From the NCBI RefSeq assembly GCF_009834535.1, contig NC_045697.1, forward strand, positions 10,356,001-10,420,000: a stretch of 64,000 nt of DNA, read 5' to 3'. Under the pieces are notes generated by a model. That model saw only the letters and a list, made by a program, of their open reading frames with translations, did no database searches and had not been told where the DNA came from. Positions 1 through 12,555 of the stretch are shown here, piece after piece (the stretch's first letter is position 1; every line of letters starts with the position of its first letter). Made by a program: the position numbers and the translations under genes. The stretch comes from Camelus ferus. Lineage: Eukaryota.

Positions 1-1482
1 ACAGTTACGCACAGCTCACTCGTGGTCTTTTTCTGTGCTTAATTTTGGATAGTTTCTATTGACATGTCTTCAAATTCATCTTTTCTTCTGCAATGTCAAA
101 TCTTCCATTAATCCCATCCAGTGTTTTATATTTTACATAGTGTAGTTTTCATCTCGAGAAGTTTGGTGTTTTTCTATCTTCCATGTCTCTACTTAACTTT
201 TTGTTAAAATATGGAATAGGTACAATATAATGGCTGCAACTGTTAACATCTGGATCGGTTTTAGTTGATTTGTCTCCTTTTTATGGGTCCTCTTTTCCCA
301 CTTATTTGCATCTTTGGTAATTTTTGATCGGATGCCAAACATTGAAAGATTCACCTTTCTAGGTACTGGATATTTTTGTAACCCTGTATATCTTTGTTCT
401 GGCACAGTTACTTGGAAACAATTTGATATTTTCAGGTCTTGCTTTAAATACAAAGACAGAAGAGTGTTCAACCTAGGGCCAATTATTTCCAGCTGAGGCA
501 AGACCCTTCTATGCACTCTACCCAATGCTTTGTGAATGTTTTTCCAGTATGTCTTATGGGAACAGCCATTATTCCCAGCCCTTTTTGAGTTTATCACGAA
601 TACTTTCAAGTGGTCCTTTCCTCGGCCTCAGGTAATTTCCTCACCTACATGCAGTGATCAGTATGCACCTGAAAACTCAAGGGAGTTTTTTTTTTTATTA
701 TTTGAGCATAGTTGATTTACAATGTTGTGTTAATTTCAAGTGTACAGCAAAGTGGTTCAGTTATACATGTGTATCTGGTTTTTTTCAGGTGCTTTTCCAT
801 TATAGGTTATTACAAGATACTGAATATAATTCTCTGTGCTAGACAGTAGGCCTTGTTGGTTATTTTATATACTTCAAATTCCTAATTTATTCCTCCTCCT
901 CTTTCCCCTTTGGTAAGCATAAGTTTATTCTCTATGTCTGTGAGTCTATTTCTGTCTTGTAAATAAGTCCATTCGTATCTTTTGTTGTTGTTGTTGTTGT
1001 TGTTGTTTGGGGGGAGGAAATTAGGTTTAGTATTATTACTTTATTATTTAACAGAGGTACTGGGGATTGAAACCATAACCTCATGTATGCTAAGCATACA
1101 CTCTACCACTGAGCTATACCTTTCCTATTTTAGATTCCATACATAAGCAATATCATATATTTGTTAAATGGAGATTCTTTCCAGATTTCTAGCCTTCACT
1201 TTCTGTGCAGCTCTCTCCTTTCTAGTACTCTGTGCTGCAAATTCTAGCCATCTTGGTTTCACCAGACTCTCAGCTCTAGCTCAAACCAGGGATCCTACCA
1301 GGCTCTTCCTGTGTACCCCATGGAAATTCTCTCAAGGCACCAAGCTGGAGCAATCATAGAACTCACTTTGTTTGTGTACTCTCACTCAGGGTTCATATCC
1401 TTTATTGTCTCTTCTTCATTGCCCAATGTCCAGTGTCTTTAAAAACATTGTTTCATATATTTTGTCCATTTTTTATTGTTTC
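1..1482 (-). mobile_element. Old L1 fragment with a nested younger L1 3' end (about 685-1167) and SINE
   Basis: Nested piece shows the artiodactyl L1 tail TTGATTTACAATGTTGTGTTAATTTC...; flanking sequence is L1M-like. Confidence 0.6.
980..1125 (-). mobile_element. Camelid tRNA-derived SINE (vic-1-like)
   Basis: Minus strand reads GGTATAGCTCAGTGGTAGAG...GGTTTCAATCCCCAGTACCTC (A and B boxes), with a simple-repeat tail. Confidence 0.85.
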
Positions 1483-2012
1483 AAGCCTGCTCAAACTTTT
1501 AACCATTATATCCCAGAAAAAAAATTGATGCATTCAAGAAAAATATCTGGTTATACGCACTTGTTTTCCAAAACTCTGAATCAAAAGCTGAGTTTATAGG
1601 CTTGGTAATTAAAGAATATGAAATATTACAATTTACTTTTCATAAACACTAAAGAACAATTATGAGGCATTAAACTTATCATCCTTTTGGATGAAAGAAG
1701 ACAGTCCATTGAAAAACAGAATTAATGTTGTTTCACTCATTAGTGCTTTTAATACTTAATCCAATCCAATTAAAAACATAAAATGTTCCTAATTTTTTAT
1801 TTGTATTGTATTTATTTGGGATTATTTCTCTATGCTGCATTTAAATATTAATGAGATTGTATGTAATCATAACTTTTTTCCCCTGCAACACAAAGGTATC
1901 ATTTTATGACATTTTTATTTTAGTCATAAAATCTTTTCTATCAGCTCATTTCTATTGTATTAGAAAATGATCAAGGTAATGGCATTACATGATAAACTAA
2001 TTTGTCATAGAC

Positions 2013-2190
2013 CTACAATCATTGTTTTTAAACTTCCCATCAGTTCACTGGGAGTCACTGAAAAAGGAAGCAGTGAGCTTGTGACTACAAACCCCTTCTA
2101 CACGTCAAAAAGATGAAGCATCTCAAGATATTTCAGTGAAGTGTAACCAGGCTTGTAGGAGATTTTTTCACATCACTGATTTCACAGCAT
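2013..2190 (-). pseudogene. NCAPG: NCAPG-like exon 6, decayed
   Basis: acAG|(D)AVKSVM*KNLLQAWLHFTE..ILEMLHLFDV...FSVTPSELMGS.KNNDCR|GT versus NCAPG DAVKQAMQKHLLQGWLRFSEGNILELLHRLDV...FSITPLSELVGLCKNNDGR. Confidence 0.87.
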
Positions 2191-3546
2191 CTGTTCAGTT
2201 ATGTAAGCTGTAAAGGAATGTAACTTTCCTCTAGCTTTCACTTCCTATATTTTGTTACATAATTCGTTTTCTTTAAATTAGTATTAACTTACAGCTAGTA
2301 TTTATGAGACAAGTAAAAACTAAGCTGGGAAACAAAGCACACCAGCACTAAAAGAAATGAGGTGAACAATTCCACAAGTAGAAATTATTTAGGACCAAAT
2401 AACCAACTATTGTTGGAGCCTATAAGGGTTTTCTTGCATTCTTTCTACCCTGTATTTCCCAGGCTTCAGGCTTAGGTGCTGTCTAAGCCCCTGTGACTAT
2501 TGCTCTCAGACTTGAGTTTTAGCTATCATACTGGACTACAAACACCAGAACCACTCAAGGGAGTTGAAAGTTTACTTATACACTCTATCTTACCTTCTCA
2601 TTCACAAAAATTCTAGTTGGAACAGGCAGAAATGCCATCCTGATCACCTCTGACATTTTTCTGACCCATGAAAACCTCCAAATGAAGGCAGATGAGGCAA
2701 AATTTTAAAAGGAGTAGAAGATGAAAAAAAGCCCTACTTCTAGTAAGTTAGCTGTATGGCTTTTGGCAAATATTTAACTCTCTAGGACTTAGTTTCCCCA
2801 TATGTAAAAACAGAGAGATTAGAGACGAAAAGACTACAGAGGAACACATGTATATTCCTTAATTCATACATATTAGACCACTGTTTCAAAAATATTGAGG
2901 ACTTTCACCACCTGTTATAAATGCAATAAAATGTTTATAAGCCACCACATAAATATTTTGCCCCACTCCCTGGGAAAAAAAGTCAAACTTTAATCTGGTC
3001 AATCATCTACCTTTAAGTGGCAGTTTATGGGAAATATACATGATAGACCAGGTTGAGTGACAGTATGAGGATGAAAACAGCCAGATCTAGGATACGGGAA
3101 ATTCAACTAGACAAATGACCCAGTCTCCACAACAAATAAATGTCAAAGAAAAAGAGGGGAAGAGAGCCTGCTATATAATAAAAGCCATAAGAAATATCAA
3201 ATGAAATGAGATATTGTTTAAATCACAATTCAAAGAAACAAGCATGAAAAGTAATTTTTTGAGAAAATTAGAAAAATCTGAACACTGAATATTAGGTGAT
3301 ATGTTATAATAGCTAAGATATGCTTTAAAATAATTCTGGCTGAGAGAGGGATGGGATGTGTGAAGTGTGTTCATGTGGGCTTGGTGGGGAGGTAAGGGAA
3401 GGAAGAAAAACAAAACTGGCCAAATATTGATAATGGTTGAAGCTAGGTGTTGGGTTATTGGGTTCATTTTATTATTCTCTTTGAAAATTTTCATAGTAGT
3501 AAAAAACAGTATGACTTTCAAATCTATTAACTTTATGTATGTTAAT

Positions 3547-3603
3547 CTGATTTATCTCTAGGTCTTGTTGAAGAAATGGAATTCTCTGAGCTAAGCACAA
3601 AAT
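3547..3603 (-). pseudogene. NCAPG: NCAPG-like exon 5 (partial), decayed
   Basis: LAQRIPFLQQDL.DKS versus NCAPG IAQRVMLLQQGLNDRS; ends TCA-G, in phase with the next exon starting AT-GCT-GTG. Confidence 0.7.
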
Positions 3604-4764
3604 CTTAAGAAAACAAAAAGACAAAAAAGTAGTTGTTAAAGGCCCAATATAATTATCTAACAGTGATAATTATAGAAAGTGATACATTCTATATCTATTA
3701 AGAAAATAAACCACTGAAACCAATAAAATTAATACACTCAATAAGCCTCAACGATTATCAACACATGGCCCTTTTTTTTTTTCACCTAAAACTGCATCCA
3801 AAATACCCCCAAAACCCTGGTCCCATATTAGAAATGCCTTTTTAAAAGGCTTATTAGTTTAATTTTGAGTTGCCCTAAAAAAAGAATTTTTTTAGTCTTT
3901 GGACCAAAAACCATTTCCTGTGCTTAAATACACTTAGCTCTATTCCCCACATTTGACAGGTTCCAGATCATACACATATTGTTAAATAATTTTATATATA
4001 TATATCATTTAAAACACAAAAAAATCCAGTTACTACCAGATATTAAGATTTATTACAAAACCATAGTAATGTGATGCTGGTCTAGAGGTAAACAAAAATC
4101 ATAATTATAACCGAATAGAAACAGAAAGAGAACCAAAGCACATGCAGACTTGCAGTAGGTCAGAGTACATACTGCTGATCAGCTGGCTGTAGGGGGAGAG
4201 TATTCAATAAACAGGACTAGTACAACTGTTATTAATATGCAGAAAAATGAAAGTACATATCATACTGCCTCAAATCAAACATTAAAAATATCAATTCCAG
4301 GTACCTTAAGGATTCAAATGTAAAAGTTAAACATTCAGATGAGAGACTATATTCTTTTACTTTGGAGATTGGGAAGAATTTCTTAAATAAGACATAAAAG
4401 AAGACATTAAAGGATAAATCTTACTTTCACTAAAATGAATTCCTAACCATCAGTAAGAGAAAAACAAGTAACATAACAGAGAAGTGGACAAAGATATAAC
4501 AGGCATTTTATTGATATAAAAATTAGAAGATATTCAACTCTCCTTCTTATCAGGAAAATGCAATTAATATGACAATAAGATTTTATCCTCTCCCAATAGA
4601 TGGGAAAAAGTCAAGTCTGACAATATCAGATTTGGGCAAGGATGCTGAACAAGAATTCTCACACATGCCAGTGGGATTGTAAATTGGTCCAAGTACTTTA
4701 GGAAAACGTTGGTCTTACTAATTAAACTGAAATTGTGCATAATTTACCATCTAGCAATTCTAAC

Positions 4765-5145
4765 TGTATCAGTTTGCTAAGGTTGCCATAACAAAAACAC
4801 TATAGACTGGGTGGCTTAGACAACAGAAATTTATGTTCTCAGTTTTGGAGGTGGTAAGTCCAAGATCAAGGTGTTGGCAGGTTTGTTTTCTTCCAAAGCC
4901 CATCTTCTTGCAGTATCTTCACTGGACTTTCCTCTCTTCATGCACATATCCAGCATCTCTCTATATGTCCTAATCGCCTTTTGTTTAAGGACACCAGTCA
5001 GACTAGATGAGGGCCACCCCAAAGGTCTCATTTTAACTTAACTACCTCTTTAAAGACCGTATCTCCAAAAGCAGTCACATTCTGAGTTACTGGGGTTACG
5101 GCTTCAACATATGAATTTTGGGGAAACATAATTCAGTTCATAACA
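4765..5145. mobile_element. MLT1 (MaLR) LTR
   Basis: TGTATCAGTTTGCTAAGGTTGCCATAACAAAA...CAGTTCATAACA, the MLT1A/B pattern. Confidence 0.75.
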
Positions 5146-5634
5146 CTACCCCTAGACATATTAGCCAGCGAAAATTTTGCACATGTTTGAGAATGCTGAC
5201 AACACTTTAATTCATAATAATAAAAAATATAATGGATAATTCAAGTGTGTTGTACTTCTAAAACAAAATATTACAAGGTAGTGAAAAGGAATGAATTATA
5301 GCTATGTGCATAAGTTTGGATTACTCTTAGAAACAGTGTTAAATGGGAAGAAAATTAGTTACAAAAGAATACATGCAAAATAACTATATTTATAATAAGG
5401 TGGAGAAAAAGCAAAGATACAGTGCATATTTTTGAGATACATCTAGGTAGACTTATAATAAGTAAAGTAAAGAAAAGTAAGGTAATGAATAGCATAAAAT
5501 TCAGGATAGAGGTGCCCTCTGGAAAGGAAGGAGGGGGAACACATCTAGAATGAGATACAGGAGACTTAAAAAGGTGTGTTAGTATTCTATTTCTTAATTA
5601 GATGTTGGATATATCTGTTAATTTTATTATTCTC

Positions 5635-6825
5635 CTTTGTTATAATAAAAAATATATTTGATCTCTGTCCTTGGTACAGAGCTCCTAAAATCTGGAATTT
5701 CCTGAGTGACAGGAGTCTCTTTTGTCATTTCTGCATCCCTTTCAACCACACCTGACTTTATGCTAATGAGGTGACTCATGGGGGTTGGGAGACCCTAGAT
5801 AGCTTCTGTATAGAAGCTGGTCACCAGAAAAACCAACCAAGTGATTGTAGGACTGGAACATTCAAGCCCATCCTCCAATTTCTAGGCAATTATGCCTACT
5901 CAATGAAATCCCATAAAAAATCCTGAAACAACCAGGCTCAAGAAGCTTTCAGGATGGTGAACAAACCAATGTGCTGGGAAGGTGGCACACCCAGGCCAAG
6001 AAGCTCCACACTCCTTGTCCCCCATACTTTGCCCTATGCATCCCTTCCTTTTGGCTGTTCTCAATTGTATCCTTTATGATAAAACTGGAACATATATACA
6101 CACACAATGGAATACTACTAACCCATAAAAAATAATGAAATAATGCCATGTACAGTAACATGGATGGCCCTAGAGATTATCATACTAAGTGAAGGAAGTA
6201 AGCCAGAAAGAGAAAGACAAATACCATATATCACTTATATGTTGAATCTAAAATACGATACAAATGAAATTATTTACAAAACAGAAACAGACTTACAGAC
6301 ATAAGACAAACAAACAAACTTATGGTTACCAAGGAGGAAAGGGGGTGGCGAAGGAGTAAATCAGGAGTCTGGGATTAGCAGATACAAAATATATATAAAA
6401 AATAAGCAATAAGTTCCTACTGCATAGCACAGGGAACTATATTCAATATAATAAACCATAATGGAAAAGAATATGAAAAAGAATTCATATATGTATAACT
6501 GAATTATTCTGCTGTACACCAGACACACAGCATTGTAAATCAACTATACTTCAATTTAAAAAAAAACTGAAATAGTCAATACAGCACTTTCCTGAGTTCT
6601 GCCAGTCATCCTAGAGAATTATCTAGAGGAGGGAGAAAGCAGTCATGGGAATCCCTGAGTTTGCAGTCAGCTGAACAGAAATGCAGATAGCTTAGGGATA
6701 CCTAAAACTTGTGGCTGGTATCTAAAGTGGAGACAGTCTTGCCTTTGACCTGTGGGTCTGCTCTAACTCTGGGTAGTTGAATTACAGGACATCCAGCTGG
6801 TGTCGGAGTTTTGCAGTTGGAACTA
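5635..6825 (+). mobile_element. MER21-like LTR with a nested L1 3' end (about 6093-6567)
   Basis: GAGTTTATGCTAATGAGGTGACT-like LTR motifs; L1 3'UTR ending in an A-tail at about 6560. Confidence 0.65.
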
Positions 6826-6958
6826 CATATCTTTAAACGGGGTGTGTGTGCACATCATATAGAGTCTTTTACTGTAAATTTAATAAGGAAAAATTCAACT
6901 ACTGTGCACTTAGAGTCAAAGAAACAAAAACTATGAGGTAAAAAATAGCTACACAAAC

Positions 6959-7174
6959 CTTTAAGCATGGGGGGTAGTAACTAACCATGGGTCTTCAGTA
7001 TTGAACGAGCCAGGATTGCCTGTATTGAATTTTATCTTTTAGTCTAATAAGGATGATTTCATTAATTTTATAAACAAAACATTATCAATCTGAGTATTTT
7101 CTGGCATATTTTCCAAGAACCTACTTAGGATCTTTCACACTTAAAATCGAATTTCATTGTTATTTGTCTCAGTC
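6959..7174 (-). pseudogene. NCAPG: NCAPG-like exon 3, decayed
   Basis: Poly-T AG acceptor; ETNNNEIRF*V*KILSRFLENMPENTQIDNVLF.KINEIILIRLKDKI..IQAILARS versus NCAPG EANSNAVRFRVCLLINKLLGSMPENAQIDDDVFDKINKAMLIRLKDKIPNVRIQAVLALS. Confidence 0.9.
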
Positions 7175-7782
7175 CTTAAAAAAAAAAAAAACCTGATCAA
7201 ACTATTCTCAGGTGGTATTATAATGACAACCATTTGATTTCCCCAAGGTCAAAATTCAAGACTTTAATAATAACTCATAAAGAAGCTACAATTCATGCAA
7301 AAAGAGAAGCTATAATGCTAATTTCATATATACTTGTACAAAATATACATTTAATACAGTCTCAATATGTTTGTCTGAAATTGTTACCAAATAATAAGAA
7401 TGCAATAATTTTTGAACTAAAAATATGGTCTTTTAACTTCTTTCCTAAGTAGAGCACTCATTTAAATATATTTACCTGAAACTAGTTTAAGTTTTTTATA
7501 TTAAAGCTAGCATTATCTAATAAATCAGCTTTTAATCATAACCATATTTTATCCTACAGAAAAAGGTATTATTTATAAGGTCACTTTAATATGACAAGTA
7601 TATGTGTGTATATGATAATTTAATTTATTTTTATCATATATAAATATATATGTACATATTTAGAATCCTAGCTATTTTTTCCCTAAATTATACAAGTCCT
7701 TAAGGCTTTCAATCAGTAAATTTTTAAATGATACACCCACTCATTGTGAATGTTAATAAAAACTGAAAAACTTCTGGAATAC

Positions 7783-7972
7783 TTTCAAGAAGAAAGTAAA
7801 ATAATTAAAATAACTTGAAATGTCACTGTCTTTTTCTTCCTTCTGTTTGGATGAGTAATAAACTCCTGCAAATTCTATTTCTTATTCTGCCACAGGTTCC
7901 TATTGACAGATCATCATAGCATATTTAAGGCATAAACAAATATGCCCATTAAAAAAATGTTTTATCGACAAC
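7783..7972 (-). pseudogene. NCAPG: NCAPG-like exon 2, decayed
   Basis: DKTFF...LKYAMMICQ*EPVAE*EIEFAG...EEKDSD...NYFTFFLK|GT versus NCAPG DKTVF...LKYVMVVYKREPAVERVIEFAA...EEEDGG...NYLFTFLLK. Confidence 0.85.
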
Positions 7973-8284
7973 CAGAAATATAAAGCAAATTTTTCCAAAC
8001 TACATTGATAAAAAACTTTATTCCCAGCAGTGACCTAAGACTCTCAGTAATATTAATAATTGTTCACTAAACTAAAATCTCTACTCTTTAATAACTCTTA
8101 ATTGTCCATCCAGAAGAATTGCTGAGGAAAATATACTTAAGTAATCATTCACACACACCTCTCCTGTTTTTGAGTTACTTCTGTCTTCAAGGCAGCATAG
8201 ATTTTAATCACAAAAGATGCTTTTGATTCTTCTCTAACTTCTTGAATCTATTTAGAAAAATGTGTCAAAAGTTACAGTTCAGTT

Positions 8285-11200
8285 ACCCCAGCAGCACCAA
8301 CAAGAAGGCCTGGAAACAGGGCAAGAGGAAAGCCTAGAAGGATGAGATGGTGGGCGCCAACTTATTCCTGACCCTGAGCACTGCTGCCCTCAGCCTGCAG
8401 GAGGTGGAGAGTAAGAAGAATGGCTTCAAATGCTTCATCAAGAAAATGTAGGGCAGCGCACTGCAGCTCAACCACAAGGCCATCGAGTTCCCACGCAAGC
8501 AGGCAACCGGCTTCTAGAAGTATTAGGTGGGCCAGTCCTTCCGTTGCCTCAGCCAAGCCTTTGAGTTGGACCAGCAGGCCTTTTTGCCTGGCCTGAATCA
8601 GGCCATCACCTTCATGAGAGGATGCCTATCATCGGCAACCTCTTCTCAGAGCAGCCCAGGCAGGACCTGGACCCAGTCATGCACCTGTTAGCACTGTATC
8701 AGGGGCACCTGGCCAATTTCCCTGACATCATCCATGTTCAGAAGGAAGCTCTTACCAAGGTAAAGGAGACTAGGGGTCACGTGGAAGAAGGGAAGCTGGA
8801 GGTCCAAAAGGCTGACAGCATTCAAGATCTCTGTAACACTATTTCTTTTGCCACTTTGGCTGAAGTTTACCACTTGCGTCAAATTCAAGTAAGAGACTTT
8901 AAATCACAGATGCAGCATTCCTTACAACAACAAATAATACTTTTCCAAAAAGTGATGCAGAAGTCAGAGGAGGCTCTTCACAAATATGATAGTATTTAAT
9001 GACTGGATGTTGGATTGTGGACTTTTTTCAGTTCAAGGATAATTTCTACAGCAGAATAAAAACTGCTATTAAAGAGCTATTGCCAACTATCAGCAGTTTA
9101 CAAGGGGTTTTCTGTTCAACCGAAACTCAGCTCAATATGTAATTCTGTAGGAAACAGTTAATGTGGTTATATAATAGAAACAGTTCGTTGTAACTAAATT
9201 ATACTATGTATGCCTACACTACCATTGTAACTTTTGGAATAATGATCATAATATTTGCCTTATTGCTTTTTGATGTATTGGCATTTTAGTGCATACTTTG
9301 CAGACCTCAAAACCTATGAAAGGTCTCGAAGAAGCTAGCTGGATAAAAGGCTGCTGTGGGTGCCTTTTTACTCTCATAGGTTGGGATTACCTAAATTCAG
9401 CCTATTCTCTGTTTACAGACTCCAACTAGAGCAGCTATGTGACTTTGTGCCTTTGGACTCTTGGTTTTTCATTTCTCCATCCTGCCCCCACTCCTTTTTT
9501 AAAAAGTAACCACAACTTCTCTTTTGAAAGAGTGAAAGGCCAGTGCACAGAATGACAAACCGCCGGGAACCTCCTACTGGCGCTGGGGGCGGGCTGGGAG
9601 GGTTGGCTGTCATCAGCTCGCCCAGCGAGTTTTGTCTCCTGATAAATGCTGGTGAGCGTGGCAGAGGGAGACTCATGCCCATCTTTGAATATGGTGTCTG
9701 TTAAGGAAGAAAATGGTGCCACTCTGTTCCCTTAGATGCTACAGTAGCATAACCTTTTCACTCAAGTGTCCTGGCAACTTGGCCCAGAGAGTAACTGAAC
9801 ATGTTCTATAACCCAGAGAAGAAGTCTAATCAGTCAGGGACACAAGCACAGAGTCAGTGGTGACACACGCTCGATTTTAGTTCTTGGGACGGTTTTCTTT
9901 ATCTTTCTTTCTTTTCTTTTCCTTTCTTTTCTTTTTTTAACTGGAAGATTTTCTTTTAATATTCAGTGTGATTTTTTTTAACGGATTTACACTGTTAACT
10001 GATTGAGACTCCACTGTGATTCACTCATTTACTTAATCAAAAACTTTTCAGGCATGTCTGTAAAATTCAGTGTTACACCTGATGAAAAGTGGTATTGGTT
10101 AACCTAAGGAGAGACCAGAAATAATTTCTACTATTCTAAATGCTGACAGAAAAAAAGTAATTTTTTTAAAGTATTGATAAGCCCCCAGGACATTTAACCT
10201 TAAAAATTATTTTAAATATATTCTTTTATTATTATAAGGGAAATACAAATGGCTGATAAATACCAAAAAAATTCAAAAGCAGCTTAATTTATAAAGCACA
10301 ATGAAATTCTGGTTTGAAACACCAAAATCTCAATGTTTTTATAGTTGCTGAGCTCAATAGCGTGATTCTTGAGGTTACAGATTTAAAAACTGTCACTGAA
10401 AGGTTAGAGTACCTACTGTTTTTGATAGAGTCAAACTTATGCCGCCTCAGAAATCCATGGGTATTGAAATGGTAACACGGAAGTAAAGAGGTCAGTTTGA
10501 AATGCTGGTGAGTCACACTGATTAAAGAAAAGGGTCAATTTGCAGGTAGTCATACAAAGAGAAGGTTATTGAAGTAATTACTCAACAGCATATTTACTTT
10601 AAAAAGTAATCTCACATGAGTTGAATTTTTAAGATCAAACTATAATAATTTTGATCAAAGTTTTATACCTTAGGTAACTCAGCCAGATTTAACATCATGT
10701 GGCCTTGTCTCTACTATTGACATGTGGAACTGTAATCAAATACATTGTGCTCTAAAAAGTAAATTTCTCCTGTTGATTGCAAAATACAGTTCTATAAACA
10801 ACACCCATGTATATATATATACATATATATAGAGAGAAATGTTAATTTTATTGCATAAGTTTGGATATTATAATTATAGCATTTAAGTTTGAGTCTATTG
10901 GACAAATAAGCACTATGCTTTTCACATGATTTGAAAATCAGTTTTATATGCCTCATGTTTTGATGATGATTTGACTTAAGGAAAAACACTAAACTTGTGT
11001 GATAGTAGCATGGAAATTATGTGAGGTGTCTTGTATGATAATGATTTGGCTAGGTGGACATAGCCTAAATTATAAAAACTAAAGATTAAAGAACAAAGAA
11101 GTGTAAGTTCATGCTGCCTATTTAGAAGAGAATTTTCATTTTTTTATAACTGTATAACGTTATAAAGCCATTGATTCATAAAGGGGCTAAGTTAATTCTG

Positions 11201-11418
11201 TGGGGTAGGACACCAGAATTATTAGCGTTAATTTTCATCTAAGATCTTTATTTCTCTAATGTTCTTGGTCCTATTGAAACATTTCAGTATACAAACACAC
11301 TGCAATGTTAATACCCAAGAGAAAAGCCATCATAATGTGTATGCTGGTCATAATGATCAGAATGGTACAATTTTTAAAAATAAACTGTCATGTCCTTTTT
11401 TAAAAAAAGAAAAAAATA
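8285..11418 (+). pseudogene. SNX18: 5'-truncated processed pseudogene of SNX18 (end of PX, BAR domain and 3'UTR)
   Basis: [24 protein letters not shown]...[40 protein letters not shown]...[10 protein letters not shown]; spliced across the IIHVQK junction; AATAAA at 11379-11384; A-tail at about 11402-11416; imperfect TSD AAAA(G)TTACAGTT / AAAAATACAGTT. Confidence 0.93.
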
Positions 11419-12255
11419 CAGTTTTTAAAAAGTGGTCTCAATTCAATACTGCCTTTTATAATTGAGCCTTCCTATACACAGCAATTTCTTTTCAATATAT
11501 ATGCTATCATTCTAACTCCTATTCCCAAATCATTAAGGATTTTACTTATAATTTTTCTCATCTATCAAAAAAATCCCCCCAATTATTTTCTAGTTCTTTC
11601 CAATTCCCCTTAAAAAAAAAAAACCTCTCATACTCTGCTGATGGGAGCACAGAATAAACCACTCTTTAAAGGCCACTGTCAATATTTATCACATTTACAA
11701 AAACATTTCCTCTTTAATCCAGCAATTCTCTTCAGAGATTCTGACAGTTACCCCTGCAAATGTAAGAAATGACATACATTCATTAAAGCATTGTTCCTAG
11801 CATCCAAAGACTGGAAATAACACAAGTGTCCATCTATAGGGGACTGGCTAAAAATTGGACTATATCCACAACATGGAATATATGACAGCTGGAGAAAAAA
11901 AAAGAATGTGGATGTTTAATTAAATGGTGATAAGGAAGAATATCCAGAATATACTGTAAAGTGAAAAAAGTAAAGTGCAGAACAATGCAGAGAATACTGA
12001 AGGAGGAATGAAGGGAAATAAGAACGTATATTTGCATTTGCTTGTATCTGGTTGAAGACCAAAAGGATGAACAAGAAACTAATCAAAAATGTTTACATGT
12101 AGAAGACTATGAGGAACAGTTACTGGATGGGGAGTGATCATCCCAGTGCATTTCTTTTTATGTCGTTTGAGCCATGTAAAACAAGTATTTACTAATAAAA
12201 AAAATAATTTTAAAAAATCCAGTAGGAGAAGCAAAAAATAAATTTAAGTGACCAT

Positions 12256-12396
12256 TTCCTTTTTTAGTTTTTTTTTTGAGGGGGTGGTAGTAATTAGGTT
12301 TATTTATTTATTTATTTTTAGTGGAGGTACTGAGGACTTAACCCAGGACCTCATGCATGCTAAGCATGCACTCGACCACCGAGCCATACCCTCCCC
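12256..12396 (-). mobile_element. Camelid tRNA-derived SINE
   Basis: Same consensus as the other copies; ACCAT flanking duplication. Confidence 0.85.
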
Positions 12397-12555
12397 ACCA
12401 TAAAATGGTTTTTAAAAATCTTTTTGTAATCTGCAAGTAAAAAAGGCAGTAGTTTGAATACTGACAGTCATGTGAAGTCTTAGAGTTGAAATGAAAACTT
12501 CTCTATTTAACTTTTTCTATTTCTTATACTAAATTATAATAAAAGGCAATAAATA

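Noticed and set aside
193..609. 138-aa ORF
   Set aside because: Lies within an old L1 fragment, with no coherent protein family signal.
3735..3795. Minus-strand VLGEKKKRAM resembling the start of NCAPG exon 5 (VLAEKVHMRAM)
   Set aside because: The sequence also matches a common old L1 3'-end motif (TCAACGATTATCAACACATGGCC) and depends on a poly-T run, so it is probably coincidental.
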